A stretch of 64,000 nucleotides of DNA, from contig CM075997.1 in assembly GCA_038087875.1 (NCBI GenBank), positions 8,186,001 to 8,250,000 on the forward strand, read 5' to 3'. The first letter of the stretch is position 1, and the number at the start of each line of letters is the position of its first letter. Positions 1 through 11,720 of this stretch are shown here, piece by piece. Under the pieces are notes generated by a model. That model saw nothing but the letters and a program-made list of their open reading frames with translations. It was not told where the DNA came from and did no database searches. The DNA is from Malacoraja senta (Eukaryota). The translations under genes were made by a program, and so were the position numbers.

Positions 1-193
1 AAATCTCATCTTTCATATTTTTCACTGATTTCTTCAAGTCATCAAACTCTTTCTTAGATCTTGTATCCATTTCTGCAGCCACTTCAGAGACTTCAGAGAC
101 TTCAGAGGTAACTTCTGCTTCAGACTTCTTCTGGTCTTTCAGCAGCTTTTTCACTGCTCTCTGAGGGCTCACAGCTGGAGGCAGGTTACTCAT
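1..193 (-). mobile_element. N-terminal part of a probable L1-clade ORF1p, running off the window edge
   Basis: My translation from ATG at 193 on the minus strand is MSNLPPAVSPQRAVKKLLKDQKKSEAEVTSEVSEVSEVAAEMDTRSKKEFDDLKKSVKNMKDEI, open to position 1. A basic N-terminus followed by a coiled-coil-like K/E-rich segment is typical of L1 ORF1p. CpG-rich UTR-like sequence lies at 194-330. The assignment is inference. Confidence 0.5.
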
Positions 194-330
194 TTAAAGG
201 GCTTCAAACCACCGTTTAAAACATCGCGCTTAATGATGACGTCACCAGCGCGGCGACCAGAAGCTCCGGTAAGGTTTTAAAAAAACAATCCCGATTTTTG
301 GACCCGTTTTACACGATAAATCGTGAAATA

Positions 331-2900
331 TCACTGTCAATGGCTGCACAATCTCTAAAGCCACAATTTCAGATCACTGGGGTGCAGTCCACCAGGTCCA
401 GATGACTTATTCACCTTCAGCCCTTCCAGCTTCCCAAGCTCCTTCTCCCTATTAATAGCCAGTCCACTAACTACCACCCCCAACTCTCTTGAATTTCAGG
501 CACGTTGCTGGTGACTTCCACTGTGAAGACTGATGACATAAAGTTATTCAACTCCTTTGCCATTTCGTTATTCCCCTCATCACTTCTCCCGCATCATTCT
601 CCAGCTTTTGACGCCCGTTCTTGCCTCTTTCTAACTTTATAAAACTGAAGAAACTCTTTTATATTATTGGATCGTCTATCTTCGTATTTCATCGTTCTAC
701 TCTTATTGCCTACTTAATTACCTTATGTTGTTCTTTAAAAGCCTCCCAATCCTCTGACTGCCACCTCATCTTTGTTGTGTTATACGCCTTCTCTTTTAGT
801 TTTATACTGTCCTTGACTCCGTTGTCAACCACGGGCGTCTCTTTCTCCTGCGAGATTCTTTCTTCCTCTCTGGAATGAAAATATCCTGTTCCAACTTGCT
901 GATCCCTGCTTGGGTCCTTTTCCAGTCAACTTTATCAAGCTCCTCCCTGATGACTATATGGTCCCTTTTGCTCAGCTGCAATACCGACATATCAGATTTC
1001 ACCTACTCCCTCTCAAATTGCAGATAAAAACTGATCATATTGTGGCCGCTATCTATTAATGGTTCCTTTACCTCGAGTTCCCTTATCAACTCATGTTCAT
1101 TACATAACACTAAATACAGAATTGCTTTTTTCCTGGAAGACTCTACTATTAACTGCTCTAATAACCCATCTGGGAGGTACTCTACAAATTCCCTTTGTTA
1201 TGGTCCAATACAAACCTGATTTACGCAGTCTACCCGAATATTGAAATCACGGATGACCACCGTATCATTCCCTTTTTTACATGCCAAATTTATCTTCTGA
1301 TGATTTTTTTAAACCTATATCCTTGCAACTGTTCGGGGAGCTGTAAATAACTCCCATTAGAGTCTTTATACCTTCATAATTTCTCAACTCTATCCACTAT
1401 CACTCTACATCTTCTGATCCTCTGACACCCCTCGTTAAAGACTGAATTTCAATCCCAACCAACTGAACTACCGAACAGCTTCTGCCCACCTTTCTATCTT
1501 TCCGAAAGGATGTAAAGCCCTGAATATTCGTCTCCCAGCTCCGATCCTCTTGCATCCACGTTTCTGTAATGCCTACAGCATAATACCTGCCAATTTCCAA
1601 CTGTGCTACAAGCTCAACACGTGTTCCTTATGCTACGTACATTCAGATATAATAACTTCAATTCGGTGTTGGCCGCCCCTCCTCTGACAACCATAGCGAT
1701 TTTTCCCCACCTTACACTCTTCTCAATTTTTAAACTTTCTGTCCTGTTTTTTGAGGAGATTTCCGTGACATTTCCTGCATTCTCTTTCCCGTTAACTCCA
1801 CGCATACGCTTCCACGTTTTTTAACCACACCCCCCACCCCCTCAACACTATTTAGGTTAAACCCACCCATGTAGCACTAGCAAACCAGCCTGCCAGAATC
1901 TCGTTCCCTTCCAGTTAACGTGCAACCCGTTCCTCTTGTACAGGTCACCTCTGCCACAGAAGAGAGCTCAATGGTCGAGAAAACTAAATCCCTGCCCCCT
2001 ACACCAACTCCTCAGCCACACATTCAGCTCTCCTATCTCTCTGTTCCTACCCTCACTAGCACGACGTACTGGAAGCAAACCAGAGATAACTACCATGGAG
2101 GTCCTGCTTTTAAGCCTTCTACCCAATAATATATACTCGCGTTGCACAAACGCCGCCCTCTTCTTACCGCCCTCTCTGCAATCGTTCTGAGACGTCCTGG
2201 TCCCTATCACAAGGGAGTTAACACACCATCCTCGAGTCTCGCCTGTTGCCTCAAAATATCCTGTCCGCACCTCTTACTATGGAGTCACCCACCACTATGG
2301 CTCTGCGTCACGTCGGTCTCCCTAGTTGAGCCTCCGCGCCAGAATTTCGAGTCACAGGCCTGTCTGCAGCTCAGATTGGAAGTGCATTTAATCCCCGACA
2401 TCTCCCAACAGGGTGTACCTTTTTTCAAGAAGCACATCCACTGATTTATCCTGCATTCGTTTAATCCCCTTCCTTGCTCTCGCTAACCATCGCTCCTTCT
2501 GTACTCCCAGTGTGACGACCTGACTGTGACGTTCTGGGCAAGAAGCTTTCGTTTAACCAGATGGTTGGCAGGTAATCCAGCTGCTGCTCCAGTTTTTATC
2601 TCGGTCCTTGAGGAGTTGCAACTGGACTCAGGTGTTGTGGTCAGTGGCGGCAGCAGCAGTGCCCCTAGCTTTCCACATCCCGCACTGCAACAGCATTCCT
2701 GCCATCACTGCAATAAGTCACTTTATAAGCTAAATATCGGAAGACACACAGAGCTGATATAAACGTAGTGGCCTCACCTCAGCCTCTTCACCGAAGACTC
2801 TTGAGCCAAAGACTTACTTTACGTCCACGCAGCATTTCACGCAACACTGCTTTTCCCTTATTTGCTGGTTAATTTACCAATTTGCTCTTGCGACCAGTCG
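331..2900 (-). mobile_element. Degraded CR1 LINE, 5' half (ORF1 zinc-finger/SGNH esterase, ORF2 APE endonuclease)
   Basis: ORF 1968-2270 (LKSRTSMVVISGLLPVRRASEGRNREIGELNVWLRSWCRGQGFSFLDH) is CR1 ORF1 esterase-like. ORF 1614-1805 (LYLNVRSIRN) and ORF 1400-1600 (VGITETW, FRKDR) carry APE motifs. Many stops and frameshifts. Confidence 0.85.
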
Positions 2901-3189
2901 AATGGTTACCTTCAAATTGCCTTTGTTACCTTAAATTATCTTTAATTGGTCGTGCTTCTTACCTTCGCTGCCTTTTCCAAATGCTCCGAATAGAACTCTC
3001 CGGCACTTTTTTAAAGTGTCAGGGCAAGGACAAGAACCGCTTACCTTGAGGCACAACCGTTCACTGCTGATTATCGTCTTCTCTGCCTTCTCCAAAGGCT
3101 CGACGAAGTTTCAGTGTTTGAGAGATTCCGCACAATTTGGGCAGGCTACGGCTTTATTCTGTGGATCGCCGGAGGCTGAGGAATGAGTT

Positions 3190-3525
3190 ATACAAATGTA
3201 TAAACGCAAGAACGGTATAGTTACGATGGATGGCCAGAGGGTTTGACCCAGTGTGGGGAAACAAGAACCAGAGTATATCGGTTCAAGCTGAGAGTGAATT
3301 GGAACCTGCAGAGCAAATTTTTCACTCAGTTGGTGGTGGGTATTTGGAAGGACTAGCTGAAGAGATAGCTGAGGCTGGTGGTATAACAGCATCGAAAAAC
3401 GCACTAGGACAGGTACATGAGTCAGAGCGATATGGGGCAAGTGTGGAAAATTGAGATTCGTTTAGATGGGGCGTTTTGGACGGGATGCATGAATTGGGCC
3501 CAAGGCCCCGATTCCATGCAGTATG
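3190..3525 (+). mobile_element. Old CR1 3'-end fragment
   Basis: Diverged match to the CR1 3' region seen elsewhere in the window (tttttcactcag...gtgggtatttggaa; gatatgggg...). Confidence 0.6.
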
Positions 3526-3825
3526 AATGCATGACATACACAATTCGCTGAAATTCTGGGGTAAAGGAGAATGCTGGTAATACTCAACAGGCCACGGAGC
3601 AAATCTGAATTAGTGATATAGTTGGGACTTTTACATTAGAACCGGTCAATTTTGATAATGCACAGTGTTGGAACGATTCATACAAGGAACCTCACGTGCT
3701 GGTCGAAAAAAAGAGAGGCAAAAGATAAAAATAGACAAAGTGCTAGAATAACTCAGTGCTCAGGCAGCATTTAGGAGAACATGGATACGTGATGTTTTGG
3801 GTCGGATCCTTCTTCAGATGAATAG

Positions 3826-3938
3826 GCTTGGTAAAATGGTAAATTGCCCCTAATATGTGGTGTTAGTGTGTGGGGGATCGCTGGTCAGCGCGGACTCGGT
3901 GGGACGAAGAGCCCGTTTTTACGCTGTATCACTAAACT
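3826..3938 (+). mobile_element. 3' part of an elasmobranch SINE (HE1-like, CR1-derived tail)
   Basis: ggatcgctggtcagcgcggactcggtgggacgaagagcccgtttttacgctgtatcactaaact resembles the CR1-type tail of shark/ray SINEs. Recognised from memory, not by search. Confidence 0.45.
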
Positions 3939-4284
3939 GCAATACTCCAGGGAAAAATGTCAGAAACTTTAATGACATCCATCCTTCAGCAAAGTGAGGA
4001 ATGCTACAAGAACTCTATTCAGATCGCAGACGTTATACACAGCTGTAGGATCGAAGACTTACTCAGGAAGGCTACGAAATCGACGTGGACAAAGGACTGG
4101 AACCATCTATTTCCGTGAGGCATGACTCAAATAGGCAACATGGCGTCATTAACTGAAAGCACTGTTCCACCATGTACGCTTCTTTGTTCAGACCCATGCC
4201 TTTCCATTGCTGGGCAGTGTTCCAATTGGAAGTTTGGATGCAGAATGGGATCGGCGATGAAACAGTATCATTTATTAAATCAAT

Positions 4285-4720
4285 CATAGAAACATAGAAA
4301 ATAGGTGCAGGAGTAGGCCATTCGGCCCTTAGAGCCTGCACCGCCATTCAATATGATCATGGCTGATCATCCAACTCAGTATACTGTACCTGCCTGCTCT
4401 CCATACCCCCTGATCCCTTTAGCCACAAGGGCCACATCTAACTCCCTCTTAAATATAGCCAATGAACTGGCCTCAACTACCTCCTGTGGCAGAGAATTCC
4501 ACAGACTCACCACTCGCTGTGTGAAAAATGATTTTCTCATCTCGGTCCTAAAATACTTCCCCATTATCCTTAAACTGTGACCCCTTGTTCTGGACGTCCC
4601 CAACATCGGGAACAATCTTCCTGCATCTAGCCTGTCCAACCTCTTAAGAATTTTGAAAGTTTCTCTAAGATCCCCCCTCAATCTTCTAAATTCAAGCGAG
4701 TACAAGCCGAGTCTATCCAG
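4285..4720 (-). mobile_element. 5'-truncated CR1 (3' end) with (TTTCTATG)n tail
   Basis: ORF 4376-4705 has [12 protein letters not shown]...FFTQRVVSLWNSLP, the CR1 ORF2 C-terminus. Tail repeat catagaaa at 4285-4300. Confidence 0.9.
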
Positions 4721-6107
4721 TAATTTAAATGCAAATAACGGAGATGTTATTTAATAAAACACATCGCTGGAGTAACACGGGTGACGCAAACGCTATGGTC
4801 GATGTTCACATTGTAGCTCGTATTAGAACTGAAAATGTGGCGGAAAGCCAGTCAGTAAAAATAAGTGGAGAGTTTCTGGTGATAAAGGGGATGTTTGTGA
4901 AAGCTGCAATCAGGTGAGGTGGCGGATTGAGGGTGGTCAAGACCAAGTGCAGGGGTAGAACACATTGCGGGGACAGTGGCTGTACTGTGATCAATAGAAA
5001 CAAAAAGGGAGTGATGGTGGACAGATGTAACTGGAGCTGTAAGGCTGGTAGAGAAGAAACCTACGTCTTTGGTTATGTTGGTGATGGGCAGGAGAAAATG
5101 GAAATGATTAATGAATGGAGGATGACATGAGTCACCGGTTGGAATATGAAAGGAGCTTAGGAAGTGTGAGCTACCGGATGTCCTTTCCTTTTTTAATCTT
5201 CCCTATTAACAACCTGATCCATCACAAGGCACCCGTCTCGTTCCCTCAACTGAAAGCCAAAATTGACTCGATCTGAAACATCAACAATTCCCTTTCTCCA
5301 GAGATGCTGCCTGTCCCGCTGAGTTACTCCACATTTTGTATCTACCTTCGATATAATACTCCAAATGCGGCCCCTGCCAATGTCTGCTCTTCTATAAGAT
5401 AACATCTCAAATTCAGCACTCAGTAGCAAATTTACCGAAAAGCTTACTGATCGTGCTATCAACAAGTAGCGCCATCTTCAAGTAACGCAAAGGGAAGGTG
5501 AAGGCAGGAGAATTGAGATAACAGGGAAAAATAGAGCTAACATGGTCGAATTACTGAGCAGACTCGATAGCCGAACAATTTTGCTCCTATGTCTTATGGT
5601 CTTATGGAACTGTCACTGCATTCTTGGATCCCTCTACTCTACATAACTCCCCAATATCCGGGCAAAGCCTGTGTAGGTCCTGCCTCTGCTTGACCTCCAA
5701 TAATGCAAAAGCTCGTACTTATCTAAATTAAATTCTATTAACTCTTCAACCCTGCCGAACAGCTCAAGTTTCTGTTGTAATTTTTGATAACTATCTTCTC
5801 TATCTGCGATATTACCCACTTCATTTCCATCTGCAAGCGTACTAATCATACGTTCCACATTCACATACACATCGTTGATATAAACTGCAAACACCAATGG
5901 TCCCAGCATCGTCTCTCAGGCACAACGCTAGTCACTGGCCTCCAGTCAAAAATACAACCTTCCACCATTCTTTCTCCGTGAAGCAATTTCTCTGTCGGCT
6001 ATGCTGTATCTCCCTGAATCTCACGCGATTTACCCTTCCAGAGCATCCTACCATGGCGTACTATGTCAAATACGTTGCGGGTTGCAATAGACAACGTCTA
6101 CGTCTTT

Positions 6108-6139
6108 GTCTGAAGAAGGGTTTCGGCCCGAAACGTTAC
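6108..6139 (+). ncRNA. Minimal hammerhead ribozyme motif (Penelope type)
   Basis: GT-CTGAAGA-A-GGGT-TTCG-GCCC-GAAA-CG-TT-AC: CUGANGA core, stem II with UUCG loop, GAAA core, palindromic AACGTT minimal stem III, predicted NUH=GUU, only 2 bp of stem I. Minimal hammerheads in Penelope pLTRs are established. Confidence 0.6.
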
Positions 6140-6201
6140 CTATTTCCTTCGCTCCATAGATGCTGCTGCACCCGCTGAGTTTCTCCAGCATTTTTGTGTA
6201 C
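6108..6201 (+). mobile_element. 94-bp Penelope terminal-repeat (pLTR) fragment with 10-bp TSD
   Basis: CTACGTCTTT is duplicated at 6098-6107 and 6202-6211. The insert matches the Penelope terminal repeat seen in reverse at ~10840-10935. Confidence 0.8.
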
Positions 6202-6544
6202 CTACGTCTTTATCTTCTTCGACATTTTTGGCTACTTCAAAAATACAAACAAATTGTAAGTCTCGATCTCCCAAATCGGAAACCATGCGAACTCTCTCAA
6301 AACAGCCTATATCTATCCAAATGCATGTTTCTCAACATCTTCTGCAGTAATTTGCTTTCTACAGATGTTAGGCTCACTGGTATATATTTGCCAGGATGTT
6401 TATTGCAGCCTTCCATTAATAGAAGCACAACTTAAGCCACCCTCCATTCTTCCGGAACCTCACGCGGGTCTAATGATAAACCATGTTCCGTGACACCTGC
6501 ACTTTATTTTCCTTAGAACTTTCAGCACTTCCTCGACGGTAAGT

Positions 6545-9500
6545 CATGGCTCCAGGGAGACCAAGGCTGGGAGCTGAACATCCAGGGATATTCAACATTC
6601 AGGAGGGATAGACAGAAAGGAAAAGCAGGTGGGGTAGCGTTGCTGGTTAGAGAGGAGATTAACGCAATAGAAAGGAAGGAAATTAGCTTGGAGGATGTGG
6701 AATCGATATGGGTAGAGCTGCGAAACACTGGGGCAGAAAACGCTAGTGGGAGTTGTGTACAGGCCACCTAACAGTATTAGTGGAGTTGGGGATGGCATCA
6801 AACAGGAAATTAGAAATGCGTGCAACAAAGGTAAAACAGTTATAATGGGTGACTTCAATCTACATATAGATTGGGTAAATCAAATTGGCAGGGGTGCTGA
6901 GGAAGAGGATTTCTTGGAATGTATGCAGGATAGTTTTCTAAATCAACATGTCGAGGAACCAACGAGAGAGCAGGCTATTCTAGACTGGGTATTGAGTATT
7001 GAGGAACGGTTAGTTAGCAGGCTTGTTGTGCGTGGCCCCTTGGGCAAGAGTGACCATAATATGGTTGAGTTCTTCATTAGGATGGAGAGTGACATAATTA
7101 ATTCAGAAACAAGGGTTCTGAACTTAAAGCAAGGTAACTTTCAGGGTATGAGACGTGAATTGGCCAATATAGACTGGCAATTGATTCATAAAGGGTTGAC
7201 GGTGGATATGCAATGGAAGGCATTTAAAGGCTGCATGGATGAACTACAACAATTGTTCATCCCAGTTCGGCAAAATAATAAATCAGGGAAGGTAGTGCAT
7301 CCGTGGATAACAAGGGAATTCAGGGATAGTATCAAAACAAAAGATAAAGCATACAAATTAGCCAGAAAAAGCAGCCTACCAGAGGACTGGGAGAAATTCA
7401 GTCCAACAAAGGAGGACAAATGGTGTAATTAGGAAAGGGAAAATAGATTATGAAAGAAAACTGGCTGGGAACATAAAAACAGACTGCAAAAGTTTTTATA
7501 GATATGTCAAGAGAAAAAGATTAGTTAAAACAAACGAAAGTCCCTTGCAGTTAGAAACAGGTGAACTGATCATAGGGAACAAGGACATGGCAGACCAATT
7601 GAACAACTACTTTGGTTCTGTCTTCACTGAGGAAGACTTAATTAATCTGCCGGAAATAGCAGGGGACCGGTGGTCAAATGAGTTGGAGGAACTGAGGGAA
7701 ATCCAGGTTAGCCGGGAAGTGGTGTTAGGTAACTTGAATGGATTAAATGCTCATAAATCCCCAGTGCCAGATAGGCTGCACCCAGAGTACTTAAGGAAGT
7801 AGCCCCAGAAATAGTGGATGCATTAGTGATAATTTTTCCAAACTCTTTAGATTCTGGAGTAGTTCCTGATGCTTGGAGGGTAGATAATGTAACCCCACTT
7901 TTTTTAAAGGGAGGGAGGGAGAAAACGGGGAATTACAGACCAGTTAGTCTAACATCGGTAGTGGGGAAACTGCTAGAGTCAGTTATTAAAGATGGGATAG
8001 CAACACATTTGGAAAATGGTGAAATCATTGGACAAAGTCAGCATGGATTTATGAACGTTAAATCATGTCTGACGAAACTTATAGAATTTTTCGAGGATGT
8101 AACTAGTGTTCACCCGACGCCAGAATTCCATCATCCGGCGAGAGGGCCTGAGGCATCGTGCTGCCGTAGCGGCGACTGCAGAGGCCTCAATAGGCCCCGA
8201 CTATGGGTGAACTGGGGATGGGACTGGACTTTGCTGCCTTCCCCCACAGTGGGAACCATTGTGGGGGGATGTTTTTATGTTGTTGTTAAATTCTTGGTTG
8301 TTATCTTTATTTGTGTGCTGCATGGCAAGTCAAATTTCACTGCACCAATTGGTGTATGTGACAATAAATGTTTATCTATCTATCTATCTATCTAGAGTGG
8401 ATAAGGGAGAACCAGTGGGTGTGTTATATCTGGACTTTCAGAATGCTTTCGACAAAGTCCCACATAAGAGATTAATATACAAACTCAAAGCACACGGTAT
8501 TGGGGGTTCAGTATTGATGTCGATAGAGAACTGGCTGGCAGACAGGAAGCAAAGAGTAGGGGTAAAGGGGTCCTTTTTTGAATGGCAGGCAGTGACTAGT
8601 GGGGTACCGCAAGGCTCAGTGCTGGGACCTCAGCTATTTACAATATATATTAATGATCTGGACGAGGGAATTGAATGCAACATCTCCAAGTTTGCGGATG
8701 ACACGAAGCTGGGGGGCAGTGGTAGCTGTGAGGAGGGTGCTAGGAGGCTGCAAGATGACTTGGATAGGCTGGGTGAGTGAGCAAATGCATGGCAGATGCA
8801 GTATAATGTGGATAAATGTGAGGTTATCCACTTTGGTGGAAAAACAGGAAAGTAGACTTTTACCTGAATGGTGGCCGATTAGGAAAAGGGGAGATGCAAC
8901 GAGACCTGGGTGTCATGGTGCACCAGTCATTGAAAGCGGGCATGCAGGTGCAGCAGGCAGTGAAGAAAGCGAATGGTATGTTAGCATTCATAGCAAAAGG
9001 ATTTGAGTATAGGAGCAGGAAGGTTCTACTGCAGTTGTACAGGGTCTTGGTAAGACCACACCTGGAGTATTGCGTACAGTTTTGGTCTCCTAATCTGAGG
9101 AAGGACATTCTTGACATAGAGGGAGTACAGGGAAGGTTCACCAGGCTGATTCCTGGGATGTCAGGACTTTCATATGAGGAAAGACTGGATAGACTCGACT
9201 TGTACTGGCTGGAACTTAGAAGACTGAGGGCGGATCTTATAGAAACGTACAAAATTCAAAAGGGGTTGGACAGGCTAGATGCAGGAAGATTGTTCCCGAT
9301 GTTGGGGGAGTGCTGAACAAGGGGTCACAGTTTAAGGATAAAGGGGAAATCTTTTAGGACTGAGATGAGAAAAACATGTTTTACACAGAGAGTGGTGAAT
9401 CTCTGGAATTCTCTGCCACAGAATGTAGTTGAGGCCAGTTCATTGGCTATATTTAAGAGGGAGTTTGATGTGGCCCTTGTGGCTAAAGGGATCGGGGTGT

Positions 9501-9616
9501 ATGGAGAGAAAGCAGGTACAGGATACTGAGTTGGATGATCAGTCATGATCATATTGAATGGCGGTGCAGGCTCGAAGGTCCGAGTGGCCTACACCTATGT
9601 TTCTATATTTCTATGT
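6545..9616 (+). mobile_element. CR1 LINE, 5'-truncated within APE, ORF2 broken by frameshifts
   Basis: ORFs 6746-7432 (VVYRPP, MGDFN, GKSDH), 7814-8100 (GNYRPVSLTS, QHGF), 8394-8780 ([23 protein letters not shown]) and 8894-9316 (VRPHLEYC). TTTCTATG-like tail at ~9598-9615. Confidence 0.95.
8108..8392 (+). mobile_element. Non-autonomous SINE-like insertion with Rex1-type 3' end and (CTAT)n tail
   Basis: It splits the CR1 sequence aactagt|agagtggat. It ends aatttcactgcaccaattggtgtatgtgacaataaa followed by (tcta)n, similar to the Rex1 3' end at 53125-53186. Confidence 0.65.
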
Positions 9617-10219
9617 AATATGGACTGTCATCATGTCATCACTATTAACTATCCCACTTTACCCCGTCTTCGTGTCCTTCTATACGGTAAACACCGTGGA
9701 CAAATACTCATTGAGGATCTTGTCCATATCCTGCTTCTCCACATAGAGATTACTGTTCAGTATTTTGAGATGTATCCAAAGTGTCTTCTCACACCTTTAT
9801 AACGATATCTCAAAATTTATACTCAGTAGCCTTCCCAATTAATCCAATTTTGCTAAACGCTTTTTCACTAAACTGAACTAGCGGCTCGCTACGTATAAGG
9901 AACAATGCACCTGTACTCCCAGATCTCTCTGTTTTGGAACTTGTTCCTGTGTAAACGTTACCCAGTTTTGACATTCCAATGAGGTCCATTCATCCTTTCT
10001 TAACCCAACTACCCAACGTATCTAGATCATGTTGTAAATGTAAATATCTCAACATTTCAGTTCAGTTTGAACTTTGTTTTGGTTTAATTGTCCACATTGT
10101 TTGATCACTCCATGCAGTTCTGATTATCGTATTGCGGAACATATGCATTTGGATGGCGGTGCAGATGTAATGTTTGATTTAAAAAAAAATATCAGCCAGA
10201 GAATAAATGCAAGCAACCC

Positions 10220-10660
10220 AGTTTCTCATCGCACCCCTTACACATTATATCCACTCCTCCTTCTCCGTCACACAAGTACATTCCCCACTTCCTTCGCTCA
10301 TCTCCCACAGCACCTTCTACGAGTCCTCTATTTTCCGATACCTACCTACTTACCCTACCACGCACCATTTCTCTCTCTGGTTTTGTATTTCACTCACCCT
10401 CTTCCTACCGACCGAAATTCCGCATCAACACCGTTTTTACTACATTTCAATCTACCTTTTCCTCATATCTCTACCTATCTGCCAATTACCCCCCAATCCA
10501 CCTCTCAATTGCCTGTTTTGCTCCAACTGTCTCCCTTCTACTACATCAATGTGAATTCGAGATCCGACTGGAAACACCACCTATGCATTCCCTCCATAGA
10601 TACTGCCTAGCGTTCGGAGTTTCTCGAGCACGTTGTCTTTCGTTCAAGTTCCAGCTGCTG
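10220..10660 (+). mobile_element. Degraded Penelope terminal-repeat remnant
   Basis: A pyrimidine-rich tract followed by gatccgactggaaacaccacctatgcattccctccatagatactgcc, a decayed form of the motif at 6108-6201. Confidence 0.5.
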
Positions 10661-10795
10661 TAGCTATTTGAATTTCCAAGAAAGCAAGAATTGTTCTCTT
10701 TGACACGGAAGAGATGGGCGGCTGTTTACTTCACATTATGAAATTCAGATGGGTTTACATGGAATAAACTATTCCGCCCAATGGAAGGAGAAACA

Positions 10796-11720
10796 TACAA
10801 AGTATAGGAAGGAACTACATACGCTGCTTTACATCGAAGATACTCTAAATGCTGGACAGTGAACTCCACGGGACAGGGAACATCTATGCATAGAAGGAAT
10901 ACATTACGTTTTGAGTTGACACCCTTCTTCAGACTGAGCGGCAATGGAGAGAAAGTTACAGATATAAGTAATGGCAAGATATCAAAAGAGATGTGGATCA
11001 AGGACATGTAGAATAGTTTATTGTTAGCTAGGAGAATGTGACAACAAAGCAAATAGATATAATGTTTAATCAAGGGGACAGTCAGACTGGTCAGAGAACG
11101 GGTAAAGGGGGAAGGATGGAGAGAGAGGGAAAGCAAGGATTACTTAAAGTTAGAGAAGTCAATACTCATACCGCTGCACAAGCAAAATGTGACGTGCTGT
11201 TCCTCCAATTTGCGCTGGGCCTCACTCTGAAAATGGAGGAAGCACAGGGCAGAAAGGTTAGTGTGGGAATGAGAGGGGGGGTTAAAGTGTTTAGCAACAG
11301 GGATATCGGGGAGATTTAGGCGAACTGAGCGGAGGTCTTCAGCGAAACCATCGCTGATCCTGCGCTTGATCTCGCCGATATATAGGAATTCACACCTTGA
11401 ACAGCGGATACAGTAGGTGAGGTTGGAGGGGGTGCAAGTGACCCATCACCTGAAAGACGGTCGGGGTCCATAGACGGTGTCGAGGAAGGAGGTATAGGGA
11501 CAGATGTTGCATCTCCTGCGTTTGCATGGAAAAGTACCAGGGGAATGATTTGGGTGGGAAGGGATGAGTTAACTAGGGAGTTGGGGAGGGAACAGTCTCT
11601 GCGAAATGCGGAAAGGGGTGGAGATGGAAATATGAGGATAGTGGTGTGATCCCTTTGGAGCTGGCAAAATATCGGAGGATTATATGCTGTTTGGGAAGGC
11701 TGATGGGATGATAGGTGGTG
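10796..11720 (-). mobile_element. Penelope-like element, 3' part (GIY-YIG endonuclease + pLTR)
   Basis: Minus-strand translation of 11316-11440 gives TCTPSNLTYCIRCSRCEFLYIGEIKRRISDGFAEDLRSVR (GIY-YIG). It is preceded by IFPSPPLSAFRRDCSL. The terminal repeat with a decayed CTGAAGA...AAAACGT core is at ~10900-10935. Confidence 0.85.

Larger units (their letters stand above)
5620..6530 (-). mobile_element. Old CR1 RT fragment (host of later insertions; probably continues at ~9620-10030)
   Basis: ORF 5634-5909 (LGPLVFAVYIND...ISTLADG...FNLDKYELLH) shows degenerate CR1 RT motifs. Confidence 0.7.

Noticed and set aside
4057..4160. Minus-strand GTAAGT donor with a possible upstream exon
   Set aside because: From the best acceptor (ctttcag) all three frames contain stops; no recognisable peptide.
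10118..10166. Possible 49-nt + strand exon
   Set aside because: Weak donor (GAT|GTAATG), not frame-preserving, no recognisable peptide.
10074..10610. 178-aa hydrophobic, Pro/His-rich ORF
   Set aside because: Derived from a pyrimidine-rich decayed Penelope terminal repeat with few stop codons; no domain.
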